In this document: positions 12,991 to 25,000 of the stretch, piece after piece
How positions within the stretch are numbered: position 1 is the stretch's first letter
Layout: every line of letters begins with the position of its first letter
From: Lama guanicoe
Lineage: Eukaryota
NCBI GenBank assembly: GCA_013239625.1
Contig: MU054132.1
Span: 558,001-622,000, forward strand
Direction of reading: 5' to 3'
Length of the DNA: 64,000 bases
Notes under the pieces: generated by a model
What the model was told of the DNA's origin: nothing
Seen by the model: only the letters and a program-made list of their open reading frames with translations
The model's database searches: none
Program-made: the position numbers and the translations under genes

Positions 12991-14859
12991 TATGTGATTC
13001 TTAGATCCTGTGTTCCTTTTTCATGTACCTGGCCACATACGTAATCATACTCTCTATGTTCTCAGCCTCTTTGAGAGCCTTCCAGATCCCTCCTTTAGCC
13101 CCTCTAGCCTTCTGCATATTTAATAGAAAAAACAAAGAAAATATACTTTGAAATTTAAAGGGAGAAAAATCACTTTGTTTCATCCATAAACAACCACTTT
13201 GACATTTTAGTCTTTTTATTCATATATGTGTGAATATCTGTATAAGATATAATTTTCAACTGATATGTTAAACTGCCTTTATAAAATCACAGCTTTCCAC
13301 AACTGCTTTTATAGAATCCAGAATTTATATTTAGAAGAAAGCTCGAGGCCTTTAATACCTTTCTTCCTTGTTTGAGGATCTTGACTGGGTCTGCCCAGAC
13401 ACTGCTTATATCTTGCAAGGGCTGGAAGCCCAGTTTGCACCAAGACCATCCATTCCAGGGTTGGAAAACTCTTATCCCATTTTTTCCTACTGAAATGACA
13501 GAAGTACCCCTTTGGACTTCTATTCTCAGATTGAATGCCCCTGATTTTCATGATTATTTCTTGCTTGATGGAATTTTCAGTGTCTCGTGATGCTGGTCAC
13601 CCTCCCTTGGGGAGTCTGTCCATTTATAACACTGCCTCCAGCCCCGAACAAGTGCAGCCTGGCAGATGTGATGTGCAGGGGCTACTACCCTGACCCCAGA
13701 CACTTGACCTCCAGTAACACTGCCCAGGATGTCACTGGGTATATTTTTAGTAGCTACTTTTACTGTAAACTTTTGGATTGGTCTTAAAAATCCATCAATC
13801 AGGATTAATTTTGAGAAAAATAATGCCAGTCTGAACACCGCCTTTTCAAATCCAAAATCTATTTTGAGGAGTAGAAAGGGAGCCTAACATTGGTTGGGGT
13901 GTGTGTGTGTGTGTTCACCATCAGATGTAATGCTGGGCACATTCGTATCTATTATTATTATAGTTACTATTACTGTCATGGCAGTTTCAGTTGATTGGGG
14001 CCCAACTGTGCCCTAGACATACATTAATATCTTCATTTCATAGAGCCCCAGGACTATTAATTGTTGTTTTACACACAAGGAAAGGAAGGCAGGGAAATTG
14101 GACAACTTGTCCAAGGTCCGACACCAGTAAGACAGTGGAGTCCCAATTTAAACTCAGATGTCTTGGCCCAACACCCATACACTACATTTATATTGTATTG
14201 CCTCAGAAAAACGCAACCTGCTAGTTAGTGATCAAGTTCAGACTGAGACTCCCTGGGCCCAGCTGATGGTGGAGCAAGTGATTTGGAACCTCCACACAGT
14301 GTCAGAGGAAACGGCAACAGAGGTGTCTGAGTCTTTGCAATTAAAGATTTTAGAAGACAGTACTATCCAGAATCCTTTGTCCTACCTTGAATCTCAGAAC
14401 TTTAGAAAGAAACCTTGGGTGCTATATTGGTTCAACCATAGCCTTTTCATTATACTTTTATTAAAAATTATATAACACTATTAAAACAACCTTAAATATT
14501 TCATAATATTATTTCATTGACAATCCCATGAACTTAATATAACAACAGATTTTTTCATTTGGTTCCATTCATGTATATGTGAATTTGTATTTATATTGGG
14601 AAATCCCAAGAAATAGTGGAGAACATGCCTCAGAGTTGTCCTATCCAAGGGAGAGGAGGTTGGGGTACTCACCCACCAATCACTGGTTGAGGGTTGCTCC
14701 TAAATGTGTTAGCTCCCTGGTATTTGGGCCCACTTCAGCAGTTAAGTACCTATGGTTGAGAAAGCCTTTATGTAGAAAGTTGCAGATGCTTTCAGGGGGA
14801 TGCCATTAGCAGGAATAGCACAAGGGACTACAGTCAAGGCATGGCAGCATCTGCTACAG

Positions 14860-16200
14860 AAGGTGATATTTACACAAAGGCTTAAACAAAGGGAGGAGTG
14901 ACCATGTAGACATCTCAGAGAAGAATATTTCAGGCAGAGGGAAGAGACAGTGCAAATGTCCTGAGGCAGAAGCTGCCTGGCATATTTGAGGAACAGTAAG
15001 GAGGCCCATGTGGTCAGAGCAGAGTGTGCAAATAAAGTCATAGGAAGCAAGATCCTGTAGAGCCTTGTGAACTGTTTTAAGGACCTGAGTTTTACTCTAA
15101 GGAAAATAGGAGTCGTTAAAAGTTTGAGAAGAGGCATGATGTGATCTAACTTACATTTTAAAAGGATCACAACCAGGCTGCTTTTCTAGAAACAGTCTAT
15201 GAGAGAGTAAGAAAATAAGGAAATATGGACACAGTGTGGAAGCTGTTAAGAGTATCCAGGCAAGAGATGATAGTGGCTTAGACCAGGGTAGGGGCAGTAG
15301 AAGGATGAGAAATTATCATATTTTTAAAATAGTACAATGGTAAAGTCCATTGAATTTCTTGACAGACTTGATGTGGGAGGTAAGAGGAGTTAAGTACAAT
15401 ACTTTAGCCTGAACAATAGAACTGAAATAAAGGAAACAGTAGATGGAGCATGTTTTCAGGGGGAGAGCAACTGAGCATTTAGGGTTTTGGTTGGTTTGTT
15501 TGTTTTTGAGCATTTAGTTTTAAACACAATGATTTTCAGATGTCTTAATAGACATTCGACTGGAGATGCCAAGTTAGCAGTTAGCTATACAGGCATACCT
15601 TGTTTCACTGCCCTTTGTTTTATTATACTTCACAGATACTGTGTTTTTTACAAATTGAAGATTTGTGGTAACCCTGCATTGAGCAAATCTACTGACACCA
15701 TTTTCCAACATTTGCTCACTTTGTGACTCTGTCACATTTTGGTATTTCTCACAATATTTCAAGCTTTTCATTATTATATTTGTTATGGTGATCTGTGATC
15801 AGTGATCTTTGATGTTACTAATGCAAAAAGATTATAATTCACTGAAGGCTCAGATGATAGTTAGCATTTCTTAGTAACAAAAATTTTTAAAATAAGATAT
15901 GTACATTTTTTAGACATAGTGCTATTGCACACTTAATAGACTATGGTATAGTGTAAACATAACTTTTATATGAACTGGGAAACCAAAAAATTCATATGAC
16001 TTGCATTATTGTGGTATTTGCTTTATTGCAGTATTCACTTTATTGCAGTGGTCTGGAACCAAACCTGCAATATCTCCAAGGTATGCCTGTAGAGGTTTGG
16101 AGATCAGGAGAGCAGTCTAGGCTAGATATATAAAATTGAGAGTTGGCACATGGGTGATGTTTAAAGCCACAAGACTGGACAGGATCATCAAGAGAGTGAT
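14860..16200 (-). mobile_element. L2 fragment interrupted by a Tigger element
   Basis: gaggaacagtaaggaggcccatgtgg...gaggcatgatgtgatctaacttacattttaaaaggatcac; L2 sequence resumes at 16092. Confidence 0.8.
15590..16089 (+). mobile_element. Internally deleted Tigger1 (Tigger1a-like) DNA transposon, 500 bp
   Basis: TIRs caggcataccttg / caaggtatgcctg with TA target duplication on both sides. Confidence 0.92.
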
Positions 16201-17250
16201 CTCCCTGTTATCTCCTCTGAATCTCTGATTAGATGTATACTGGATCTTCTCATTCTGCCCACCATGTCTCTTATCCATACTTTCAGTTTTCTTTCTCTTC
16301 CTCTCTCTATTCTACAATTCCTGGTAATTTCTTCAGATCCAACATCCAGGTCATTACTTCTCTCTTTTACTGTTTCTAGTCTGTCATTTTTAACTTTTAG
16401 AGCTACATTTTCTTTATTCCTAGGAATTCTTGTTTTTAAAAAATATGCACTGTATTTTGATAGCCTTTATACATTTTTGATTCCTACTTGTCTTTATTTA
16501 AAACGTACATATATATTGTATAATCTTTATCCAGTAATTTATCTGGAATTCTTATAAGTCTAATCTTTCATTGTGCCTCCTCTGTGATAGGTTGTTTCCA
16601 TGTACACCATATATACATGCATGTGTATGTGTATTTAATCTTTGGAGCTCACGTTTACTAGGGCTTTGTAAGTGCTGTGTAGCTGGGTAAAGGGGATGTA
16701 CAGTAGTTTTTTTTAATTTGATTCTACTAGGTATTTCAGCCATGGGTGAATTTTTATGTTAATTCCTTAGCCTGGTGGTTCCTGGCCCACACAGTGTAAA
16801 TTTGAATCCCAAACCTGTGCATGGTTAGAAATTCTCACAGGATCTATTCTCCCTCATTCTTGGGGAAAGTTTCCTTGCTGTTTCTCCATGTCAGCAGGGG
16901 AACTTTTGCTAGCTCATCTCTTCATCAAGTGCCACCTTTATGCAGGGGGTCTCATTTCCAAATTCCTATGGCACATGGGCCAAAGTCTTATTTCTCACAT
17001 TTATGTAGACATTAACGCTCAAGAGCAAACATCCGCTCACATACCTTCTCCTGGCCCTAGCAGACACAGCTGGTTAACATGCTGACCATTCTAGTTTTCA
17101 GTCCTCCAGCTCCTCGCAGTTCCCTTTCTTTTCTGCAAATTTAACTTTGCAGTTCAAAGAATGTTATACTTTAGCTGGCACCTTTGTTTGTAGCCGGATT
17201 GTTTTCAGGTTACCTTATCTGTCACATTGACGGAATTAGAAGTCCCTTCA
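16200..17250 (-). mobile_element. Old L1/HAL1-like fragment
   Basis: T-rich + strand with ORF1-antisense-like text (tggatcttctcattctgcccaccatgtctctt). Confidence 0.45.
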
Positions 17251-18028
17251 GGGGTGATTTTTATGGTCAGATTAGCTCAGAGGGTACTATTTTCTAGAAC
17301 CCATTTTTAGGCCCATTTGAGTGAACACAGTGCCTCCTAACTCCCTGTTATGTTGGAGGTGTCTGCTCCTGTGTAGAGTTTGCGTGGAGGGTGAGCACCA
17401 TCCTCCTTTATTCTTGTGGCTCTCCCCACACTGATGATCACGTTTCTGTTTGCGCCAGAATTGACCAGAGAGGCTTATGTGGTGAAGCATGAGCTAGAGA
17501 CAAATAGGACAGGCTGCCATGACAGAGGCCCAGCTTGCCCTGGCCTGTAGGCCCCCAGGACTGGCTGTTCAGGAGTTCTGTGGAGGGACATCCTGTGTGC
17601 CACATGCCATTCTAGCCAGTGATGGGGGATGAAGGGAATGGGGCATTGGTAATGCCTCAGACAGCTGTGTCCCGTGGCCCCAACAAGATGATGTACCCCC
17701 TGTCTGCTGTGTCCTATTTCCTGAGCTGCCCCAATGACCTGGGAACCCAAAACAGGTCCCGGTAAGGGCAAGGGCAGCCAAGAAGGGAAAGAATCAGAAC
17801 TCTCTGTGCAAGGCCTCCGACAGCTGAGAGGATGAGTAGAGCCTGGACACATCTGTCTGCTTGGCCACAATTAAAGGAAACATGAGGACTGACCAACAAG
17901 GCTGTGTGCACATCGTTAAGTGCTGGTCAGTGGCAGCCCCCATGTGTCATCTAGGGAAATGAAGTCAGGGACTTCAGAGCTGCTCTGGGAAGCCTTAGCA
18001 TAGCAGGAGTCTCTAAAAGTTGTTTCAA

Positions 18029-18090
18029 ATTTGACACAACATTGTAAAATGACTATAACTCAATTTAAAAAGTTAAAAAAAAATTAAATT
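18029..18090 (+). mobile_element. Ultra-short L1 3' tip with TSD
   Basis: ttgacacaacattgtaaaatgactataactcaa plus A-rich tail; TSD aaagttgt(t/c)tcaa at 18016-18028 and 18091-18103. Confidence 0.75.
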
Positions 18091-18753
18091 AAAGTTGTCT
18101 CAAGACCATTGTGTATCAGTCAGTGAAAGAGAAAGGGGTAGACAGGAGAGAGGGCAGAGACTTCAAGGAAAGCCTTTCAGCTTTCTCCCTTCTATTAAAG
18201 CCCCATTCAGCTGCTCACTGATGGGCTGAAGAACACAATCACTGGGTCTTTGATTGGACAGGTGCCATTTAGTTCAACCTTCCATCTGATGCAGTTTCTG
18301 CCATCTCCTTGCCAAACAGCCTCCCACCATGGGCTCTCACTGCTAAGTTCGTGGTAGGACTGATCTCATTTTAAGCCTCTTCTTATTTTGAGATAAAAAT
18401 CTGCCTTTCAGTCATTTCCACCTATACCCCATCCTCTCCTGGTTTCTGAGGAAGGAAGGCCTCCTGCCTTCATTGGCTCAGGAACACAGAGGATGCCCTG
18501 AGAGAACCTATGAGGGAGCTGTGGGAACCAAGGCTTTGCAGACCCAGGTCATTCCCAGGATGGCCATCCAGGAAAGGAATGAGGTTGACCAGTGGAACAG
18601 AGGCCTGCGGGGGGAGCCGGGCTGATCTACTTTTTCACTTTCTTACTAGAGACTCGGTTAGGATCCCATCTGTATACAGGGAAGACATCCTCCCAGATAG
18701 GAAATTAAATAAAGTTCTTGGATGAGCACTGGAAGTCCAGACTAGAAAGCTAT

Positions 18754-18759
18754 TTTATC
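18754..18759 (-). terminator. Possible non-canonical poly(A) signal (GATAAA) for KIF9
   Basis: GATAAA about 235 nt after the stop codon. I saw no AATAAA on this strand between the stop and this site. Confidence 0.3.
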
Positions 18760-18993
18760 CTGTTTCTGCACATAAGACAGTGAATGGAAACCAAAAGTAC
18801 TCTGTGAAGATAGGCAAGAGTGTCTTTTGAAGGCTGTCCTGTCCCTCTTGGCAGGCAGGCCATTGAGTGTTCTCTGTGCTGGGCCCCAGCCTTGGAGCAG
18901 AGGGTTGGAGGCTGGGCAGGTGCTTTGGCAGCTCCACTAGAGCAGGCAGGAGTTGCTGGGGGTGTGGTCCTTCAAGGCACTGGCGATGAGTCC

Positions 18994-19044
18994 TTATTTC
19001 CTCTGTGTCTGCTGGAAGCCCATCATGGTTTTCAAATAATTTTG
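18994..19044 (-). CDS. KIF9: KIF9 last coding exon (51 nt incl. TAA)
   Basis: [16 protein letters not shown]. Acceptor ttttctgtgtccag; TAA at 18996-18994. Confidence 0.94.
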   Translation of the reverse strand, partial: QNYLKTMMGFQQTQRK

Positions 19045-22000
19045 CTGGACACAGAAAAGGGGAGAAAACAGGAGTTGATTAGGACATGTGGACTTAGGGA
19101 AGACTCAGAAACCATGCCACTTACATCTACCCCATCATTCTTCCTGAAGACATCACCATTTAGGGACAAGGATTCCCTCCAACTAGCCCCAACTCTGTGA
19201 GAAATAATGTTCCATTCAATCCTTCTCATTCTTTTATCCTAAAGAAAGTGTGTAAAGCTGTTTTTTAAATGGTGGGGCAGGCATGCTTAAAAAGAGACAT
19301 CATGTTTCAAGGGCCCCCTTGAAGGCTTCTGACAAGAATTAGGTTCGAAAAGATACGAAAAGGGTTCTTTCTCTAGAAGATGGGGGCCCATATACTCTGA
19401 AGGGCCCTCTCTCTGCAAATCAACTAGGCGTTCATGAATCCTAACCTTCTAATGCACTGCTAAGCTCTCAGAAAGCTGGTGGAGAAAGTAAGCTGAAGCT
19501 GAATCAGTGGGCAGTAACCAAGCAAATGCTAAAACCAACTTGGAATATGGAGGTGAATCTCAGATTCCCCACACAGTGAATCTGAACAGAAACTGAAGGT
19601 CCCACGTTAAGCTGGAATTCTTTTTTTCCCCTAATTTTTTATTGTGGTAAAATACACATAACATAAAATTTACCGTCTCAACTATTTTTAAGTGTACAGT
19701 TCTGCGGTATTAAATACACTCATAATGTTGTGTAACCATCACCACCATCCATCTCCATAACTCCTCTCATCTTGTAAAATGGAAATTCTCTGCCCATTAA
19801 ACAGTAACTTCCCATCCCCCCTACCCCCAGCCCCTGGCAACCACCATCCTTTCTGTTCCTACAGTTTTGACCATTTTGAGTATGTCCTATAAGTGGAATC
19901 TTACAGTATTTGTTTTTTGGGTTTTTTTTTTGTGAATGGTTTATTTCATTTAGCATAGTGTCCTCAAGATTCATCCATGTTGTAACATATATCAGAATTT
20001 CCTTCCTTTTTAAAGCTACTAATACTCCATTGTATGTATATGCCACATTTTGCTTATCCATTCATCTGCTGATGGACACTTAGGTTGCTTCCACATTTTA
20101 GCTACTGTGAATAATGCTGCTAGGAACATAGGTGTACAAATATATCTTTGAGACCCTGTTTTCAATTCTTTTGGGTATATACCCAAAAGTGGAATTGTTG
20201 GATCATATGGTAATTCTATTTTTTATTTTTTATTTTTATTTTTAATTTTCAAATACTCTTTTTCACAGCAGTTATACTATATTTTTCCACTTTTTTACTC
20301 TGGTAAAATACACAAAATTTATCATCTTAACCAGCTTCAAGTATACAGTTCAGTGGTATTAAATACATTCACAATGTTGTGCAACCATCACTATCATCCA
20401 TCTCCATAACTCCTTTCATCATCCCAAACTGAAACTTCATACCCCTTGAACAATAACTCCCCATTCCTCTCTCCTACTAGACCCTGAAAATCACCATCCT
20501 ACTTTCTATCTTTATGATTTGACCACTCTAAATACCTCATATAAGTGGAATCATACAGTGTTTTTATTTTTGTGACTGGCTTATTTCACATAGCAGCTGT
20601 ACCATTTTACATTCCCACCAACAGCACACAAGGGTTCCAACTACTCCAAATACTTGCCAACATGTGTTATTTTCTGGGTTTGTTTGTTTGTTGACAGTAG
20701 CCATCCTAATGGGTATAGAGTGGTATCTCATTATAGTTCTGATTTGCATTTGGTTTGTGACATTGAACATCTTTTCATGTACTTATTGGCAATTTGTGTA
20801 TCTTCTTTGGAGAAATGTCTATTCAAGTCCTTTGCCCATTTTTGAATTGGGTTTTGCTTTTTGGTTGTTGAGTTTCAGGAGTTTTCTATATATTCTGGAT
20901 ATTAATTCCTTATCAAGTTGGAATTCTTGAAGGAGCTTAAAATGGTCCTGGATTGGTTATGCCCCATGGCTAAAGGCAAAAGTAGGTCAAACTCTTTCAG
21001 GAGGAGAGTAATTTCACCTTACGCACTCAGGACTCCTAGAGCTTCTTAAGTTCAATCACATTTATGGTCAACTGAATTTCAACAAGGGTGCCAAGACAAT
21101 TAAATGGAGAAAGAATCATTTTTTTTCAACAATTAGTGCTGGGAAAACTGGATATCCACATGCAAAATTTGACCTCTACCTCACATCATATGCCCCCTCC
21201 TCTGATCCCAGAAGGGGTAGGCCTCTCTGTGGTCAGAAGAGGAAGCCCCTGCATGGTGGTCACAGCCAAATGATCTCTGAGACTGGGCTGCCTAGGCCTA
21301 CTTGCTCCTACTTCATTCTCTCCCATAGAGCTCTGCCTACCCACAGAGAGATTTTCATGGACAACCCTGAAGGAGCTCTTTGGAATCAGCCAATATGGTC
21401 CATGGAAGCAATCTGGCCAGGGTCTCCTTCCCCATCCACAGTGGTTGGGTTCCAGCAAACCTTTCCAGAGGGGCAGGGCCCTGTCCATTGATTAGGGCCT
21501 CCCTCTTGGGACCAGGGTTAATAAAGCTTGATGCTCACAGTATAAGGCTAAGTGGCTGCCTGAGTAAAGCCATCCTCTGTCCTGCTGAAGGAGCCCAGGC
21601 AACTGGGATGGGTAGGTGACCCTGCCTCAAGACACAGCTGATTACTCTAAGAATGTACACTTAACTCAAAAGAGTCAATTATGCAAAAGAGACACAGAGT
21701 AAGTGGTCCAGGTGATATTGGGCCCTGGAACTATGAAGTCTGGGAAAATAAGAGCATGCTAGGGCCAAGAATGAAGCTACAAATTGGGAGGTGGGGTGCA
21801 GAGAACAGATAGGCGAAGGAGCAGACCTCAGGGAGAAGCTAAGGCCAGGTCTGGAGGGAGAAAGGCCTGGAGGAAGAGGAGCCTGGGGCCTGCTTCCTAC
21901 AGATGAGTTCTATGTCCCGCTATTCAAAGTGTGGTCCTAGACTAGCAGCATGCGCATCATCTGAGCACTTATTAAAAATGCAGACTCTCAGACTCCACCC

Positions 22001-25000
22001 TAGAACTGCTACATCAGAATCTGCAATCTAACAAGACTCCTGGTGACATGTGTACACAGCACAGGATGAGAGGTGCTACTCTGTGAGACCTTCACAATCT
22101 GTGCTAACAGATCCCTTCACTCAAGCCTCTTTGAGTGGGCTTCAGCTCCTCACAGCTATCAGCATCAATAAAGGTATCAGCTTAACTATAAACATAAAGA
22201 ATGAACTCAGTCAGGAGGAGGGCTTTCTAATTACAACACAAAATCCAGAAGCCAAGAAAGAGAAGACTGATATACTTGATTTCATAAAATTCAACAAAGT
22301 AGCTACAAAAAAACATAAGTAAAGCCAAAAGACAAATGACAAACAGGGGGAGATATCTGCAACTCATATAATAAAGAGCTATTTTCCCCAATATATCAGA
22401 GTTCCTACAAATTAATAAGAAAAAGACCAACAACCAAGAGAAAAATGGGCAAAAAATATGAACAGGCAGTTTACAGAAAAGAAATTAAGATGGCCCTTAA
22501 ACATATGAAAAGAAGCTCAACTTGACTGATAAGAGTAATGCAAATTAAGACTACACTGAAAGACCATTTTTTTACCTTTCAGATTGAAAAAAAACACAAA
22601 AAGTGCGATACTACATCTTGTGGGGTAGCTGTAGGAAACAAACATCCCATATATGCTCCTGGGGGGGCAGGGGGTGTGATGGGTCCAGCTCTAGGTAGGC
22701 AATTTAGCACCATCCATGAAAAATCCTTTTGGCCAAGAAATTCACTTCTACAAACAAGCCTCTCACATACATGGACTCCTGTGTGAATTCACATTTGTAC
22801 AAGGTTAATTATTGCAGCAATGTCTGTCACAGTAAAGAAACAGAACCTCCTAAAAGTCCCTAAATATGAGATGTGCTAAATGAACTCTGATACACCCTGG
22901 CAGTGGAGTATTACTATGCAGAGTGAAAAATAACACAGCAGCACTGATGGGTAGATGTGGGATGATCTTCAGGGTATACTGTGAAGTGGAAAAAGCAAGA
23001 TGCAGAACAACATGCAAGAAGAACTCTAGAAACAAGTGATGGTGGTTCCTTGTCAGAGGGGACTGGTGGGAGCTGGACTGACAGGGAACTGGGTATTAGT
23101 ACTTTCATGCTTTTTAACGTTTAAACTGAACGAATCACCTATTGAAAGTGTAAATGAGTACCACAAAAATGTGTTTTAAAGGATGAATTCACTTGCCGCT
23201 GCCACTTGCTGTATAAGAACTGCTTCTGGGCACAGAAAAGCACACAGCATTACAGGCTATCTGTGTTCTAGTGTCAGGCTGGGCCTCAGCAGAGTGGAGA
23301 GCCTCTGCTCCAGCCCAACCTGCTCAGGAAGGAGAATACCAGGCCTATGTCTACTTTGCCTCAGCTGCATGTGGTCCTCTGGTCCCCTGCTACCTGTGCA
23401 ATGTGGCTCCCGCTGGAGAGGTTCTCTCCAATAGGCAGTGGCCTCAGGGGATCCCCAGGACCTCTCTTGGGCTGTTAACCACACATCGGCTGGCTTAGCA
23501 TTCACCAGCCATGTCCAGGCTTGACCATAGTGTGTGGGACTCCTGTTGGGTCCAGCCCAGTCCCAGGACCCTGGAGTTGGCAGAAGACTGCGTGACTCTG
23601 GATCTCCCTGGGCTGGCATATTCCTCCTCTGCCTCTCTAAAGTGGGAAGTATAATCCTGGGTGTCCTAGTAATGAGGTCCCTGAGGCCTTGCCTTCTGGA
23701 GACGTGAATCTCCCCAGTTACCTTCTGTTCTGTCTTGACTTTGGCGTTGTAGAAGGAGATAGAATCAGGGCCCTCGGAAAGCATCGTCTGCTGTAGCTGG
23801 CTGAACTTGTCCTGGTCATCTTCTCCCTAGAAGAGACCCAACTCAGCACAGTCCCTTCAGCCTGGCTTTGCCAGGATCCACCCTGACAGGGCCTGTGGTG
23901 GGCATCAGGGCTGAACCTTGCTGGGTCTGCAAACCCTCACACAGGGCATCTCACAACCCCTCAGCCCCATGTTTTCCAGTGTCATCAAAGATACCCTATA
24001 TCTGCCACCTGAGCAGGATGAGCCACTCAAGAAAGGTGGCAGCAGCAAGTGATATTTCTGTGTCCTCATCCCTGGTAACTGAGAAAACATCTGAACTTGC
24101 CCCCCTGCCTGGGCCAGCTGGAGGAAAGGCTGGGAGAAGCCCATACACACACTTTGTGGCAAGAACATAGCACAACGGGCACTGCCCACTGCCCCTGTGT
24201 TCATCCACCATCCCCACCCCTGCCCTTGTACCACTCACCAGAGACACAATCCTGCTGACAGGCATCATGCCTGGCCTGATGCTGCAACCTGGCTTCACTG
24301 CCACCTGCAGGTCCTCAGGGACGAAGAAGGACTCATTGTACCAGATGTCAAATTCTGCACAGGGAGATAGCACTGTGAGTTGTGGAGGAGTCCCTGAGAA
24401 ATCAGGTCAAGGCAATGTGTGCCTGTCTGTCTTGTTCCTGTCACAGGCTTGCCCTCCGTTCCTGCTGCAGGATCTCACCCTTTCCCATCTCCGTGTCCTG
24501 CCCTCAGAGTCCTGGAAACACACACATCTAAAGCCCCTGCCCAGCCCCTGCCTCTGCCAGAGAGAAGTTCTGAAACTGCTTCTAGAACCCAGGCAGTGGC
24601 CCTGACCTGTGCCTCCTGGAACCTCAGGTGGCCGGCCAACCTTCCCAAATGGCGCACCTGTAAGTAGGCGGTGGCGACACTGATCCACCAGGTGCTGGCA
24701 GTACTGGATCTCAGCCCTGAGGTCGCGCAAGTCCTGATACTCTGTACGGTACTGCTTCTTGAGGTCTTTGAGCTTTAGGATCAGCAGAAATTCCTCCTCA
24801 TCGATGATCATCAGCCCCTTGTTCTCATACTCGCCTGCAGGGGGATGAGGAGGTCAGGGAATGAGGTGCCCACCTGGGGAGCGGGGAGGAAGCCATTCGG
24901 AAAGAGAGGACAGAGCTGGCAAAGCATGAGGAGGCCAGGCTACCAGGACATGTCTCATGGGGAGAGGAAGCTCAGATCAGAGGATCACACTGGCATTTTT

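Noticed and set aside
13300..13870. Non-repeat island, possible enhancer or antisense lncRNA exon
   Set aside because: No motif, splice pattern or coding signal that I can support without conservation or expression data.
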